Assembly: GCA_041659405.1 (NCBI GenBank)
Contig: JBAZYK010000002.1
Location: 30,001 to 62,000, forward strand
Direction: 5' to 3'
DNA from: Candidatus Altimarinota bacterium
Lineage (GTDB): Bacteria > Patescibacteriota > Gracilibacteria > UBA1369
DNA: 32,000 nucleotides
Under the pieces are notes generated by a model. That model was not told where the DNA came from and did not search any database. It was given only the letters and a program-made list of their open reading frames with translations. Positions 8,610-16,939 of this stretch are shown here, in pieces (position 1 is the stretch's first letter; each line of letters starts with the position of its first letter). Both the position numbers and the translations under genes were made by a program.

Positions 8610-9080
8610 ATGAAAACCTCACAAAGCAAAGCAAAACTCAATGGAAAACCTTTTAAAATCGCCATTATTCTTGCCCGTTACAACGACGATCTTGGATCGG
8701 AACTTTTGGAAAACACCACGGCAACTCTTCTAAAAAATGGCGTCATTGCAAAAAATATTGATGTAATTAGAGTTCCGGGAGCACTCGAAATTCCACTCGC
8801 CGCTCAAATGATTGCGCAAAATAAATCGCATCAGGCCATCATTGCTTTAGGAATTGTGATTAAAGGCGAAACTGCCCATTTTGAACATGTGAGTCAGCAA
8901 AGCCATAATGGACTTATGCAGGTAAGCCTTGAGCAAAAAATTCCGGTTATTTTTGGAATTCTGACCGTTAACAATTTAAAACAAGCCACGGATCGAATCA
9001 GCAAAACAAAGCTTAACAAAGGCCAAGAATACGCAGAAGCTGCCATTGAAATGGCGCAACTGCTACAAAAATTGCAATAA
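8610..9080 (+). CDS. ribH: 6,7-dimethyl-8-ribityllumazine synthase
   Basis: Motifs KIAIILARYNDDLGSELLE, VPGALEIPLAA and GIVIKGETAHFEHVSQ. The ATG at 8610 is chosen; the track start at 8502 overlaps the ribE 3' end and adds a non-homologous extension. Confidence 0.9.
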   Translation: MKTSQSKAKLNGKPFKIAIILARYNDDLGSELLENTTATLLKNGVIAKNIDVIRVPGALEIPLAAQMIAQNKSHQAIIALGIVIKGETAHFEHVSQQSHNGLMQVSLEQKIPVIFGILTVNNLKQATDRISKTKLNKGQEYAEAAIEMAQLLQKLQ

Positions 9081-9091
9081 AAAAAGCAATT

Positions 9092-9120
9092 TTGCCAATC
9101 AACCTAATACACGCTAAAAT
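9092..9120 (+). promoter_or_regulatory. Candidate sigma70-type promoter for pgk
   Basis: TTGCCA (9092-9097), an exactly 17-nt spacer, then TAAAAT (9115-9120), 38 nt upstream of the pgk ATG. Pattern match only. Confidence 0.4.
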
Positions 9121-9158
9121 AACTCAGGTTATTTTTCCAATTTTTTGACCTTAAAATT

Positions 9159-10394
9159 ATGAATGTTCGCCGCTTTCAAGATATCAATCTAAAAAACAAG
9201 CGTGTTCTTTTGCGTGTTGATTTTAACGTAACCATGAAAGATGGAAAAATCGACGACGATACACGCATAGTGCAAACATTGCCGACCATCAAGCACCTTA
9301 TTAAGAATGGCGCCAAGACCATTATCGTTTCTCATTTGGGCCGCCCAAAAGGTAAAGATAAAAGTTTAAATCTTACCCCAATCGCCAAGCATCTAAGCAA
9401 ACTCTTAAAAAAGCCGGTATTAAAATTAGACAGTTGTGTCGGCCCGGAAGTCACTAAAGCCGTAAAAGCAATGAAGCCGGGTGAAGTAATTATGCTGGAA
9501 AATATTCGTTTTTATCCTGAAGAAGAAAAAAACAGCGCGCCTTTTGCCAAAAAACTGGCAGCTCTTGCCGATATTTTTGTGGCTGATTCATTTGGAACCG
9601 CGCATCGTGCCCATGCTTCAACATACGGTGTTGCCAAATATCTGCCTGCCTATGCGGGATTTTTGATTCAAAAAGAAGTAAATGTTTTGGGCCAACTGTT
9701 GGATAAATGTCCACGACCAATGACTTTAATTGTAGGAGGAGCCAAAATCGACACAAAAATCGGCCTGATTCAAAACTTTGTAACCAAAGCCGATTACTTT
9801 TTGATTGGTGGAGGTTTGGCAAATACTTTTTTGGCAGCTGAAGGATTTGATGTCGGAAAATCCCTTTTTGAAGCGGATAAAATCGAGGTAGCGCAGGACA
9901 CAATGCTAAAAGCTGAATCATTCAAAGAAAATTTTGTTCTTCCCGAAGATGTGGTGGTTGCCGATGAAATTCAGGAAAAAGCTTCCACACTTGATCTTCC
10001 GGTTGAGGATGTTTTAGGTGATATGAAAATTTTGGATATTGGCAAAAGATCAATTCGCAAATTCATCCATGTTATTGAAAAATCCAAAATCGTAGTTTGG
10101 AACGGACCAGTCGGACTTTTTGAAATGAAACCATTTGCACACGGCACTCGCATGATTGCCAAGGCTCTAGCCAATGCCAAAGGCGTTAAAACCATCATCG
10201 GCGGTGGCGATACAATTGATGCCATCAAACACTTCGGCTTCAGCGAAAAAGACTTCACCCACGTTTCCACAGGCGGTGGCGCCATGCTGGAATTTTTAGA
10301 AGGCGAAATGCTACCGGGAATCAAAATTCTGCTGGATAAGAAGAAAAACACAAAGAAGAGTGCAAAAAAAGCAGTAAAGAAAGGCAAAAAATAA
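9159..10394 (+). CDS. pgk: Phosphoglycerate kinase with Lys-rich C-terminal extension
   Basis: 411 aa. Motifs RVDFNV, SHLGRPKG, GGGDT and STGGGAMLEFLEGEMLPG. It ends with the extra tail DKKKNTKKSAKKAVKKGKK. Confidence 0.95.
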   Translation: MNVRRFQDINLKNKRVLLRVDFNVTMKDGKIDDDTRIVQTLPTIKHLIKNGAKTIIVSHLGRPKGKDKSLNLTPIAKHLSKLLKKPVLKLDSCVGPEVTKAVKAMKPGEVIMLENIRFYPEEEKNSAPFAKKLAALADIFVADSFGTAHRAHASTYGVAKYLPAYAGFLIQKEVNVLGQLLDKCPRPMTLIVGGAKIDTKIGLIQNFVTKADYFLIGGGLANTFLAAEGFDVGKSLFEADKIEVAQDTMLKAESFKENFVLPEDVVVADEIQEKASTLDLPVEDVLGDMKILDIGKRSIRKFIHVIEKSKIVVWNGPVGLFEMKPFAHGTRMIAKALANAKGVKTIIGGGDTIDAIKHFGFSEKDFTHVSTGGGAMLEFLEGEMLPGIKILLDKKKNTKKSAKKAVKKGKK

Positions 10395-10403
10395 AAATTC
10401 CTT

Positions 10404-10775
10404 TTAAGCCGCTATACAATCAATCTCAACTAGGACATCTTTAGGCAACCTTGCTACCTGCACAGTTGCCCGCGCGGGCTTATTTTCACCAAAGAAACGT
10501 CCGTAAACTTCATTCATAGCTGCAAAATCGGCCATATTGGCCAAAAAGACGGTGGTTTTAACCACTTTACCCAAACCACTTCCGGCAGCTTCTAAAACAG
10601 CCTTCAAATTGCTTAAAACCTGCTCGGTTTGTTCAACAATTCCACCACTAACCAATGTTCCATCAGCCCTCAAAGGAATCTGGCCAGAACAGAACACAAA
10701 ACCATTCGCTTTAATTGCCTGACTGTAAGGTCCGATAGCCGCAGGAGCATTGGTTGTAGCAACAATTTCCATCAT
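10404..10775 (-). CDS. ridA: RidA/YjgF/UK114-family reactive-intermediate deaminase
   Basis: 123 aa. Motifs [19 protein letters not shown] and [22 protein letters not shown]. Confidence 0.85.
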   Translation of the reverse strand: MMEIVATTNAPAAIGPYSQAIKANGFVFCSGQIPLRADGTLVSGGIVEQTEQVLSNLKAVLEAAGSGLGKVVKTTVFLANMADFAAMNEVYGRFFGENKPARATVQVARLPKDVLVEIDCIAA

Positions 10776-10789
10776 AAAAAGTATAAAAT

Positions 10790-13540
10790 TTATTTTTTGT
10801 TGGATTTACCGGCTGGCACAGACTTGGCCGCAACAACCTTTTTCATCGCAGTCAAAGCCTTCTTTTCCTTTCCAGCAACGACCAAACTCTCCCCACCTTC
10901 TTCCTCCTCTTTTTGTGAACCTTCATGCCATCTTCTAATCTTGTCCTCCACAATTTCACGCGGAGTCGCATAACGTTCACGTGAAAGCTTGATAACCTTC
11001 TCAAGACGCCCTTCTTCCTGATCAAATTGCGGTGGAGCCAAAGTATCCATAGAGAATGTTTTAGACGGCATACCGTCAATCAACAACCTGGTATAAGCCG
11101 TATACTTACTCAAAGCGACCAGATCATTCGGCAAAACCTCTTCACCATATTGGCCGGACAAAAACTCGGCATCATCAAACCCAACCTGAAAAGACAAAAC
11201 CGAACCGACGTTACCAAAAACCGCATCACGAACCTCTTCCGGCATTTGCGCAATATATTGATTAGCCATAGTCAAATTCAAGCGATACTTACGCGCTTCA
11301 GACAAAATCGTCGAAAAAGAATCAGTCGCAAAATTTTGAAATTCATCAACATACAAATAAAAATCCGTTCGATCTTCTTCCGGCACATTAGCCCTGCTCA
11401 TAGCGTCCAACTGGAATTTGGTAATCATCATCGAACCCAAAAGTGATGACGTATCTTCACCAATTTTCCCTTTGGATAAATTCACAATCACGATTTTTTT
11501 GTGATCCATGGCAAAGCGCAGATCAATGGCACTTTTTGGCTGACCCAAGATATTTCTAATGATCGGTGAAGATAAAAACTGTCCAACTTTATTCAAAATT
11601 GGCGAGATAGCTTCCACCCTGATTTTTGGATCCATTTTTTCAAATTCATTAACCCAAAAACTCTTCACTATCGGATCGGTAATTTTGCGAACCACACGAG
11701 CACGAAAATCTTTATCCTGCAAAATTCTTGGGATACCCAACATGGTAGTATTGGGATATTCAAGCAAAGAAAGCACTGTGTTTCTTAAAATATGTTCAAG
11801 ACGCGGCCCCCAACTTTCGGCATAAATTTTCTTAAAAATCCCCACTAAACCGGAACAAACAATGCTGTTTAAAGCCGGATCAATATTTTCCAACATGTTG
11901 AATGCAACCGGAAAATCGCGATCGGAAGGATCAAAGATAATCACATCATTGGTGCGGCGCGCCGGAATAAAATTCAACACATCATCAGCCAAATCGCCAT
12001 GCGGATCAACCACCGCAAGGCCCCTACCCGCTTGTATATCGGCAAAAATCATATTTTCCAACAAGGTTGATTTACCCATGCCGGTTTTACCAATGATATA
12101 AATATGACGTCTTCTATCCAACTTCTTAATTCCGAATTCCTGATCGGTTCCTCTAAAATTGGTTTTTCCAAGCAACGTAACTTCTTCTTCACCAAAATCC
12201 TTAACGGTCGGTAAATCATTTGGTGGTTCAACTTTTTTGGAACGAACCCAGTAAATATTTGGAGTAGTCACGGTCAAATTCGGCATATGATAAATAGTCG
12301 CCAATTCCTCTACATTAAGGGCAAAAGGGTGATCCATTTCACGTTCACGGTAACGCTCAACAATTGAAGAATCCTTAACAATCTCCTTCATTTTAAAACC
12401 ATTCAAGTGCGGAATATTATACTGCTTAAACGACCCGGCAATTTCACGCAATTTCACCATGGCAACTTCCATATTCTTGGTTTTAGGAACATAGACAATA
12501 CGAATATTGGCTTCATACATAAGCTTTCCGACCTTGTCGATTGCCGCGACCATCACCGTTTCTTTTTCATGAGTTTTGGAAACCTGTTCTTCAACATCTT
12601 CACCGCCAGAGTGGCCTTCTATCTGATCAAAAGCATGCGTGCCGGAAAAAACACCTTTTAAAGCAAACATCCAATATAACGGAAAAAACAAAATTCTTTT
12701 ATATTTATTTCTGGAACAAAAAGCACGAGCATAAGCCTTTTGCAAGCTATCAATATTCAAAAATATTCCTTTTTTTAAAATACGAATACATTTCACAAAA
12801 ACCATACGCCATTTTTCTTCCAAAGGCCGAACAATAATTTGGATCCAGGCCTGCTCATCCAGATCATGAAATTTAGCCAGTGTTGCTGTAACTCCAGCCA
12901 GAGAATCCAAAGAAACTTTGGCCTTTTTATCTTCAAATTGCGGATAACGTTTGATTGGGAAAATATCCGGATCCTGTAATTCAAGTTCTACACCAACGGC
13001 ATTTTGGAAATCATGAATTTTAGTAAAATCCTTAGGTTGAGGAGCCGCAGCTCCACCTTTTGGCACAAGCGCCTTAACTTCAACCTCACGACCTTCCTTG
13101 TCTTGATCGGCAGGTAAACTGATTTCCAGATCCAAAGAACTGGCATAATCCTCCACCTCAACAATTTCCACATTTGGATATTGCGCATAAATTTGTCCCT
13201 CCACCAGATTCCTTAAACGAGTTGGAAAATGCACAAAAAAGCGGATACTTCGGCCAACATTGGCTATTTCAAAACTCACCTGATCCTGACTTAAACCACT
13301 CAAACGATCCCAAAAAGAAAACTCACGGGCAATGCCATGAATGGTTGCAAAAATTTGTTCCGCCACAATTGGGCCGGTTTCGTTTTCCTTTGAAACCCGT
13401 ACCGAAAGCACAGTTTTATGATCCCTTAAGCGTCTACTTTTTTGACGATGGGCAATAAATGCCTCCAATAAAAGCAAAAAAGCTACAATGACCAAAACGG
13501 CCGCAACCGCATTGATGATAATAAAAAGAAATAAGTCCAT
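10790..13540 (-). CDS. Membrane-anchored P-loop NTPase of the VirD4/TraD/HerA (FtsK-like) superfamily with an uncharacterised N-terminal region
   Basis: 916 aa. N-terminal TM helix (aa 3-29) followed by the basic stretch [12 protein letters not shown]. Walker A is [13 protein letters not shown] (nt 12068-12091, read directly from the sequence), followed by [12 protein letters not shown]. Walker B is [11 protein letters not shown] (aa 727-737), then [12 protein letters not shown]. About 230 aa separate Walker A and B, as in coupling-protein/HerA-type ATPases. I could not assign aa ~40-470 to any family. Confidence 0.75.
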   Translation of the reverse strand: MDLFLFIIINAVAAVLVIVAFLLLLEAFIAHRQKSRRLRDHKTVLSVRVSKENETGPIVAEQIFATIHGIAREFSFWDRLSGLSQDQVSFEIANVGRSIRFFVHFPTRLRNLVEGQIYAQYPNVEIVEVEDYASSLDLEISLPADQDKEGREVEVKALVPKGGAAAPQPKDFTKIHDFQNAVGVELELQDPDIFPIKRYPQFEDKKAKVSLDSLAGVTATLAKFHDLDEQAWIQIIVRPLEEKWRMVFVKCIRILKKGIFLNIDSLQKAYARAFCSRNKYKRILFFPLYWMFALKGVFSGTHAFDQIEGHSGGEDVEEQVSKTHEKETVMVAAIDKVGKLMYEANIRIVYVPKTKNMEVAMVKLREIAGSFKQYNIPHLNGFKMKEIVKDSSIVERYREREMDHPFALNVEELATIYHMPNLTVTTPNIYWVRSKKVEPPNDLPTVKDFGEEEVTLLGKTNFRGTDQEFGIKKLDRRRHIYIIGKTGMGKSTLLENMIFADIQAGRGLAVVDPHGDLADDVLNFIPARRTNDVIIFDPSDRDFPVAFNMLENIDPALNSIVCSGLVGIFKKIYAESWGPRLEHILRNTVLSLLEYPNTTMLGIPRILQDKDFRARVVRKITDPIVKSFWVNEFEKMDPKIRVEAISPILNKVGQFLSSPIIRNILGQPKSAIDLRFAMDHKKIVIVNLSKGKIGEDTSSLLGSMMITKFQLDAMSRANVPEEDRTDFYLYVDEFQNFATDSFSTILSEARKYRLNLTMANQYIAQMPEEVRDAVFGNVGSVLSFQVGFDDAEFLSGQYGEEVLPNDLVALSKYTAYTRLLIDGMPSKTFSMDTLAPPQFDQEEGRLEKVIKLSRERYATPREIVEDKIRRWHEGSQKEEEEGGESLVVAGKEKKALTAMKKVVAAKSVPAGKSNKK

Positions 13541-13562
13541 TGGGAAATTTAAAATCGACGAA

Positions 13563-13568
13563 ATTATA
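13563..13568 (-). promoter_or_regulatory. Candidate -10 box (consensus TATAAT) upstream of the ATPase gene
   Basis: The minus strand reads GGCTATAATTTCG, with the TATAAT 22 nt upstream of the ATG at 13540. The -35 is weak (TTTCTT at 17-nt spacing). Pattern match only. Confidence 0.3.
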
Positions 13569-13609
13569 GCCGAAATGCTCCGGAAAAGAAAACATTTAGA
13601 CCATCTAAA

Positions 13610-14044
13610 TTAAAGCAGTTTCAAATGCTTTTTTAAAATCAGAATAGCCGCCAATTCATCTTCATACTGCTTGCGCTGCGAGCCTTTTAAACCAAGATCA
13701 GCCAAATGCTTATCAGCTTCATACGAAGTAAAAGACTCATCCTCAAAAACAAAAGATGGCACAAAGCCATTTTGCTTCAAAAAATCCTCCAGTTTTGTTA
13801 TAAACTTTCTCACTCGTGCAGTTTGAGGAGTTTCTTCCCCCTCTGAACCCAAAGGCAACCCAACAACTACAGTTTGCACCTGCTCATCCCGGCAAAACTT
13901 TAAGATCTTTTCAAAAACCGGTTTAAGACCTTTTAGTGGATTAAGCACACCTTTTCCAAAAACAAATTGCTGCGAGTCATCACAAATCGCCAAGCCGATA
14001 GCTGCTAAACCGTAATCAATAGCCAAAATTTTGCCTTTTTGCAT
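13610..14044 (-). CDS. ruvX: YqgF/RuvX-family putative Holliday-junction resolvase / pre-16S rRNA nuclease
   Basis: 144 aa. N-terminus ILAIDYGLAAIGLAI, VVVGLP and ...DESFTSYEA, typical of YqgF. Confidence 0.85.
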   Translation of the reverse strand: MQKGKILAIDYGLAAIGLAICDDSQQFVFGKGVLNPLKGLKPVFEKILKFCRDEQVQTVVVGLPLGSEGEETPQTARVRKFITKLEDFLKQNGFVPSFVFEDESFTSYEADKHLADLGLKGSQRKQYEDELAAILILKKHLKLL

Positions 14045-14063
14045 GTTCCATTAAAATGAATCC

Positions 14064-14510
14064 CTATTTTTCGCCTTTAATTTCAAGAGTAATCTTTGCG
14101 CTAACACCTTCGGCAATATTAACCGGAACTTCGTAAGTACCGGCAACCTTAATGTGTTCACTTAAAGCCAAATGCTGTCTTTCAAGACGAACATTGATTT
14201 TTTGTTCAATCGCCTCCAGAATCTCTTTTTCCGTAATTGAACCATAAAGCTTATCCCCTTTTGCCTTAGCCTTAAGGGTAATTTTAAGTCCCTTCAACTT
14301 TTTCTGGATTTCCTCAGCCTGTTCGGTAATACGTCCCTTTTCCACAACCTGGCGCTTTAGCGCTCCCTCGGCCTCTTTAATTTTAGCCGCTGTAGCCACT
14401 TCTGCCAAACCCTTTGGTTGAAGATAATTTTGGAAATAACCTTCTTTAACGTTTTTAACTTCCCCTTTTTTACCTAGAGCCGGAACGTTCTGTTTTAGAA
14501 TAACTTGCAT
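14064..14510 (-). CDS. rplI: 50S ribosomal protein L9
   Basis: 148 aa. N-terminus MQVILKQNVPALGKKGEVKNVKEGYFQNYLQPKGLA, a long connecting helix, and the C-terminal domain. Confidence 0.95.
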   Translation of the reverse strand: MQVILKQNVPALGKKGEVKNVKEGYFQNYLQPKGLAEVATAAKIKEAEGALKRQVVEKGRITEQAEEIQKKLKGLKITLKAKAKGDKLYGSITEKEILEAIEQKINVRLERQHLALSEHIKVAGTYEVPVNIAEGVSAKITLEIKGEK

Positions 14511-14546
14511 ATGATAAATCGTTAAAATTACTCCTTATCTATAGCC

Positions 14547-14571
14547 AAAAAAGAGTCAAAAGTAAAGACTC
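14547..14571 (-). terminator. Weak candidate intrinsic terminator after the family-5 SBP gene
   Basis: Minus strand reads GAGTC-TTTACTTTT-GACTC followed by TTTTTT, starting 17 nt downstream of the stop at 14589. The stem is only 5 bp. Confidence 0.3.
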
Positions 14572-14588
14572 GAACTTTAAAATCAGGA

Positions 14589-16274
14589 CTAATTACAAGT
14601 TGACGCACACCAGTTTGGCAAACCGGAAAAACGATCACTTGGATAAGCCAGGGAATCCAGAGAAATATTCTTAATTTTGTTATCGGAAGCCAAATAATAC
14701 TGTGGACGATAAAGGAAAACCGCCGGAATATCCGTAGCCAAAACCTTAGCCAAATCTTTTAATTTTTGATCTTTATCTGCAGAATCAAAACTATTTCTAA
14801 TCTGCTCAATCAGTTGATCAGCGGCAAAACTCTTATAATTGGAAAGATTTAAACCATCATTACCAATCTGACTTGAATGCCAATAAGAATAAGTATCAAG
14901 GTTATAACCCAAACTTTGGCCGGTAAGAAGCATGTCATAATCACGAGCCTGCAAACGTTTATTAAAATCATCAGTCTCCGCCAATTGAACATCCAGTTGA
15001 ATACCCAAATCACCCCATGACTTTTTCAGAAAATCAGTAACGGTTGCAAGTTCCTTGGCAATTGGATTTCCAGGTTCGTAAGCTCTAACCAACAAATTCA
15101 ATTTCAAAATATTTCCTTTACTGTCACGGCGCAAAAGATCCGCACTTTTACTATCAACTTTAAATCCGGCATCGTAAAAAGCTCCTTTTGCTTCGGTAAG
15201 ATTTGATTTATAAATCCAATCCGACTGGTTAAGTTCAAGCAAAGGTGTATCTACCGCGATTTTATCACCAAGAGTTTTTAAAAGATCATCTTTATTAAGA
15301 GTCTTTAAAAGGCCAATTCTGATTTTTTGATTTTTGATAATCGGACGATCAACATTAAAGAAAACCGCAGTGTACTGAAGAAGACTATATGGCATTAAAG
15401 TAAAATGCTGATCCTGTTGAAAAGCTGTTACAGATTGGGGTGGCACTTTGGAGATGATATTTAAGCCATTTTTCTCTTTCATTAAACTCGCCTCATCAGG
15501 GTAAACCGTGAAACGAATATGTTTGATTTTTGGAAGCTGTCCATAATAATGATCAAAAGCAGCCAAATTAACCAGCTGGCGGCCATCATCAAAAACCTGC
15601 ATTGGAACATCCATTTTATATGGCCCGGAGCCAATCGGTTTCAAATTGAAAGAAGACATAGGCAAATCCGCAACTTTAACATTGCCCAAAATATGCTTTG
15701 GCAAAATTCCAATATTAAAATTGGTTATAAAAAACGCATTGGGGTTTTGAATTTGGAAATCCACTGTTTGCTGATCTACCTGCTTTATTTGGACTCCTTC
15801 AAAATTAACTTTCAAAACCGGATTTTGAAAATCGGGACTCTGGATAAGATCATGAAAGGTAAAATAAACATCATCTGCCGTTACAGACGGACCATCATGC
15901 CAAAGCAAATTGCTCTTCAAAATAAAACGATAAGTTTTATGATCATCACTTAAAGTCAAACTCGCCATATCATCCACAAAAGTTTTTTTACTTGGATCAT
16001 ATTTAACCAAACCCGAAAAAACCAGACTGGCCAAATCGCGATTTGCTTCCCCAAAATCGACAAACAAAGGATTCACCAAAGCCGGCTTATCGCTTACCAA
16101 ACCTTCGGTATAAGCATCACCAGCCAAAGCGGGACTGCCATTAAAAACATCCAGGGTTAACTGCAATCCAAAAAAGACCACCATTCCCAAAACGATCACA
16201 CTTATAACTTTCTCCTCAATACTATAAGAATGAAGAACACGCAAAATGAGCTTTCCCCATTTAGACATACTCAC
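14589..16274 (-). CDS. Family-5 extracellular solute-binding protein (OppA/DppA/NikA-like), TM-anchored, orphan
   Basis: 561 aa. N-terminal TM anchor VISVIVLGMVVFFGLQLTL. The family-5 signature region LLWHDGPSVTADDVYFTF is present and the size is right. The track start is GTG at 16274; the first ATG is at 16268. No permease or ATPase genes are adjacent. Confidence 0.8.
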   Translation of the reverse strand: MSMSKWGKLILRVLHSYSIEEKVISVIVLGMVVFFGLQLTLDVFNGSPALAGDAYTEGLVSDKPALVNPLFVDFGEANRDLASLVFSGLVKYDPSKKTFVDDMASLTLSDDHKTYRFILKSNLLWHDGPSVTADDVYFTFHDLIQSPDFQNPVLKVNFEGVQIKQVDQQTVDFQIQNPNAFFITNFNIGILPKHILGNVKVADLPMSSFNLKPIGSGPYKMDVPMQVFDDGRQLVNLAAFDHYYGQLPKIKHIRFTVYPDEASLMKEKNGLNIISKVPPQSVTAFQQDQHFTLMPYSLLQYTAVFFNVDRPIIKNQKIRIGLLKTLNKDDLLKTLGDKIAVDTPLLELNQSDWIYKSNLTEAKGAFYDAGFKVDSKSADLLRRDSKGNILKLNLLVRAYEPGNPIAKELATVTDFLKKSWGDLGIQLDVQLAETDDFNKRLQARDYDMLLTGQSLGYNLDTYSYWHSSQIGNDGLNLSNYKSFAADQLIEQIRNSFDSADKDQKLKDLAKVLATDIPAVFLYRPQYYLASDNKIKNISLDSLAYPSDRFSGLPNWCASTCN

Positions 16275-16285
16275 GTTTTTAAAGA

Positions 16286-16504
16286 CTAATGAACAAACAG
16301 GAACGCAAGTGAACTAAGAACAAATATCACTCCCAAAACGATTGTTGCCTGGAAAATAACCTTTTCAGCACCACGTTTAGTAACATGAAAAGTATCACTA
16401 CCTCCAAAAGTAGCGCTTAAACCGGAACTTCTATTCTGAACAAGAATAGCAAGAATCAAAAGGAGAGAAACGACGGCCTGGAAATATCTTAAGAAGGTAT
16501 ACAT
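16286..16504 (-). CDS. secG: Preprotein translocase subunit SecG
   Basis: 72 aa with two TM helices and the linker LVQNRSSGLSATFGGSDTF typical of SecG. Confidence 0.8.
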   Translation of the reverse strand: MYTFLRYFQAVVSLLLILAILVQNRSSGLSATFGGSDTFHVTKRGAEKVIFQATIVLGVIFVLSSLAFLFVH

Positions 16505-16532
16505 ACAAAAAAGTTAGAAAGCTTATTATGAA

Positions 16533-16904
16533 TTATTTGTTGCGAATAAAAATATGCAGAACCCAATTTGTAATCGCAAAAGCAAAAGCAGCAATAATAT
16601 AGGTTAAAACACCGCTCACTGCAACACTAACATCAGAAAAATGAAGAGCATTGACCCCTTTTACCGCTAACCAGAAGATAACAACGTTAATTACAAAACT
16701 AAATAGACCAAATGTCAAAAGCAAAACCGGCAAAGAGAGCAACTTCATCAAAGGCTTCACAAAAGTGTTCAAAAATCCGATTATAAAGCCACCAATGATA
16801 AAAAACTTAACACCACCGGTATAAGTAATATCAGGCAACAAACGGGTAGCCACATAGAGTGCCACACCATTTAAGACAACGCCAATCAGAATTTTTTTGA
16901 GCAT
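16533..16904 (-). CDS. DUF360 / phage-holin-4_2-family (YvlD-like) small membrane protein
   Basis: 123 aa with four TM helices. The N-terminal pattern ILIGVVLNGVALYVATRLLPDITYTGG...FIIGFLNTFVKPLMKLLSLPV matches my memory of the YvlD/DUF360 family. Confidence 0.6.
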   Translation of the reverse strand: MLKKILIGVVLNGVALYVATRLLPDITYTGGVKFFIIGGFIIGFLNTFVKPLMKLLSLPVLLLTFGLFSFVINVVIFWLAVKGVNALHFSDVSVAVSGVLTYIIAAFAFAITNWVLHIFIRNK

Positions 16905-16939
16905 AAAATGTAAAAAAGCCTTGCTAAGATTAACATATT

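Noticed and set aside
9490-10387. Two long minus-strand ORFs (143 aa and 138 aa) antisense to pgk
   Set aside because: They lie entirely within a strongly conserved pgk reading frame. Their translations are low-complexity and match nothing I recognise. These are typical shadow ORFs.
10629-10973. 114-aa plus-strand ORF spanning the ridA / ATPase boundary
   Set aside because: It is antisense to two well-supported genes and crosses their 14-nt gap. It has no motif and is probably spurious.
11027-12101. Plus-strand ORFs (139, 88 and 79 aa) antisense to the ATPase gene
   Set aside because: They are nested in the 916-aa ORF, whose Walker motifs confirm the minus-strand frame. The translations are Arg/Ile/Asn-rich with no motifs.
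10790-13540. Reading the VirD4/TraD-like gene as evidence of an integrated conjugative element or T4SS island
   Set aside because: The window contains no integrase, relaxase, VirB4/B6, pilin, repeats or tRNA target, and the flanking genes are core housekeeping in tight operon spacing.
14563-14579. tRNA-like T-arm (minus strand TAAAG-TTCGAGT-CTTTA) suggesting a tRNA gene
   Set aside because: The ~49 nt upstream is the 3' end of the SBP coding sequence. It has no complementary acceptor strand (no TCAAAAG) and no D or anticodon arms. It also overlaps the candidate terminator hairpin.
15519-15953. 144-aa plus-strand ORF antisense to the family-5 SBP gene
   Set aside because: It is a shadow ORF inside a conserved gene, with no start context and no recognisable domains.
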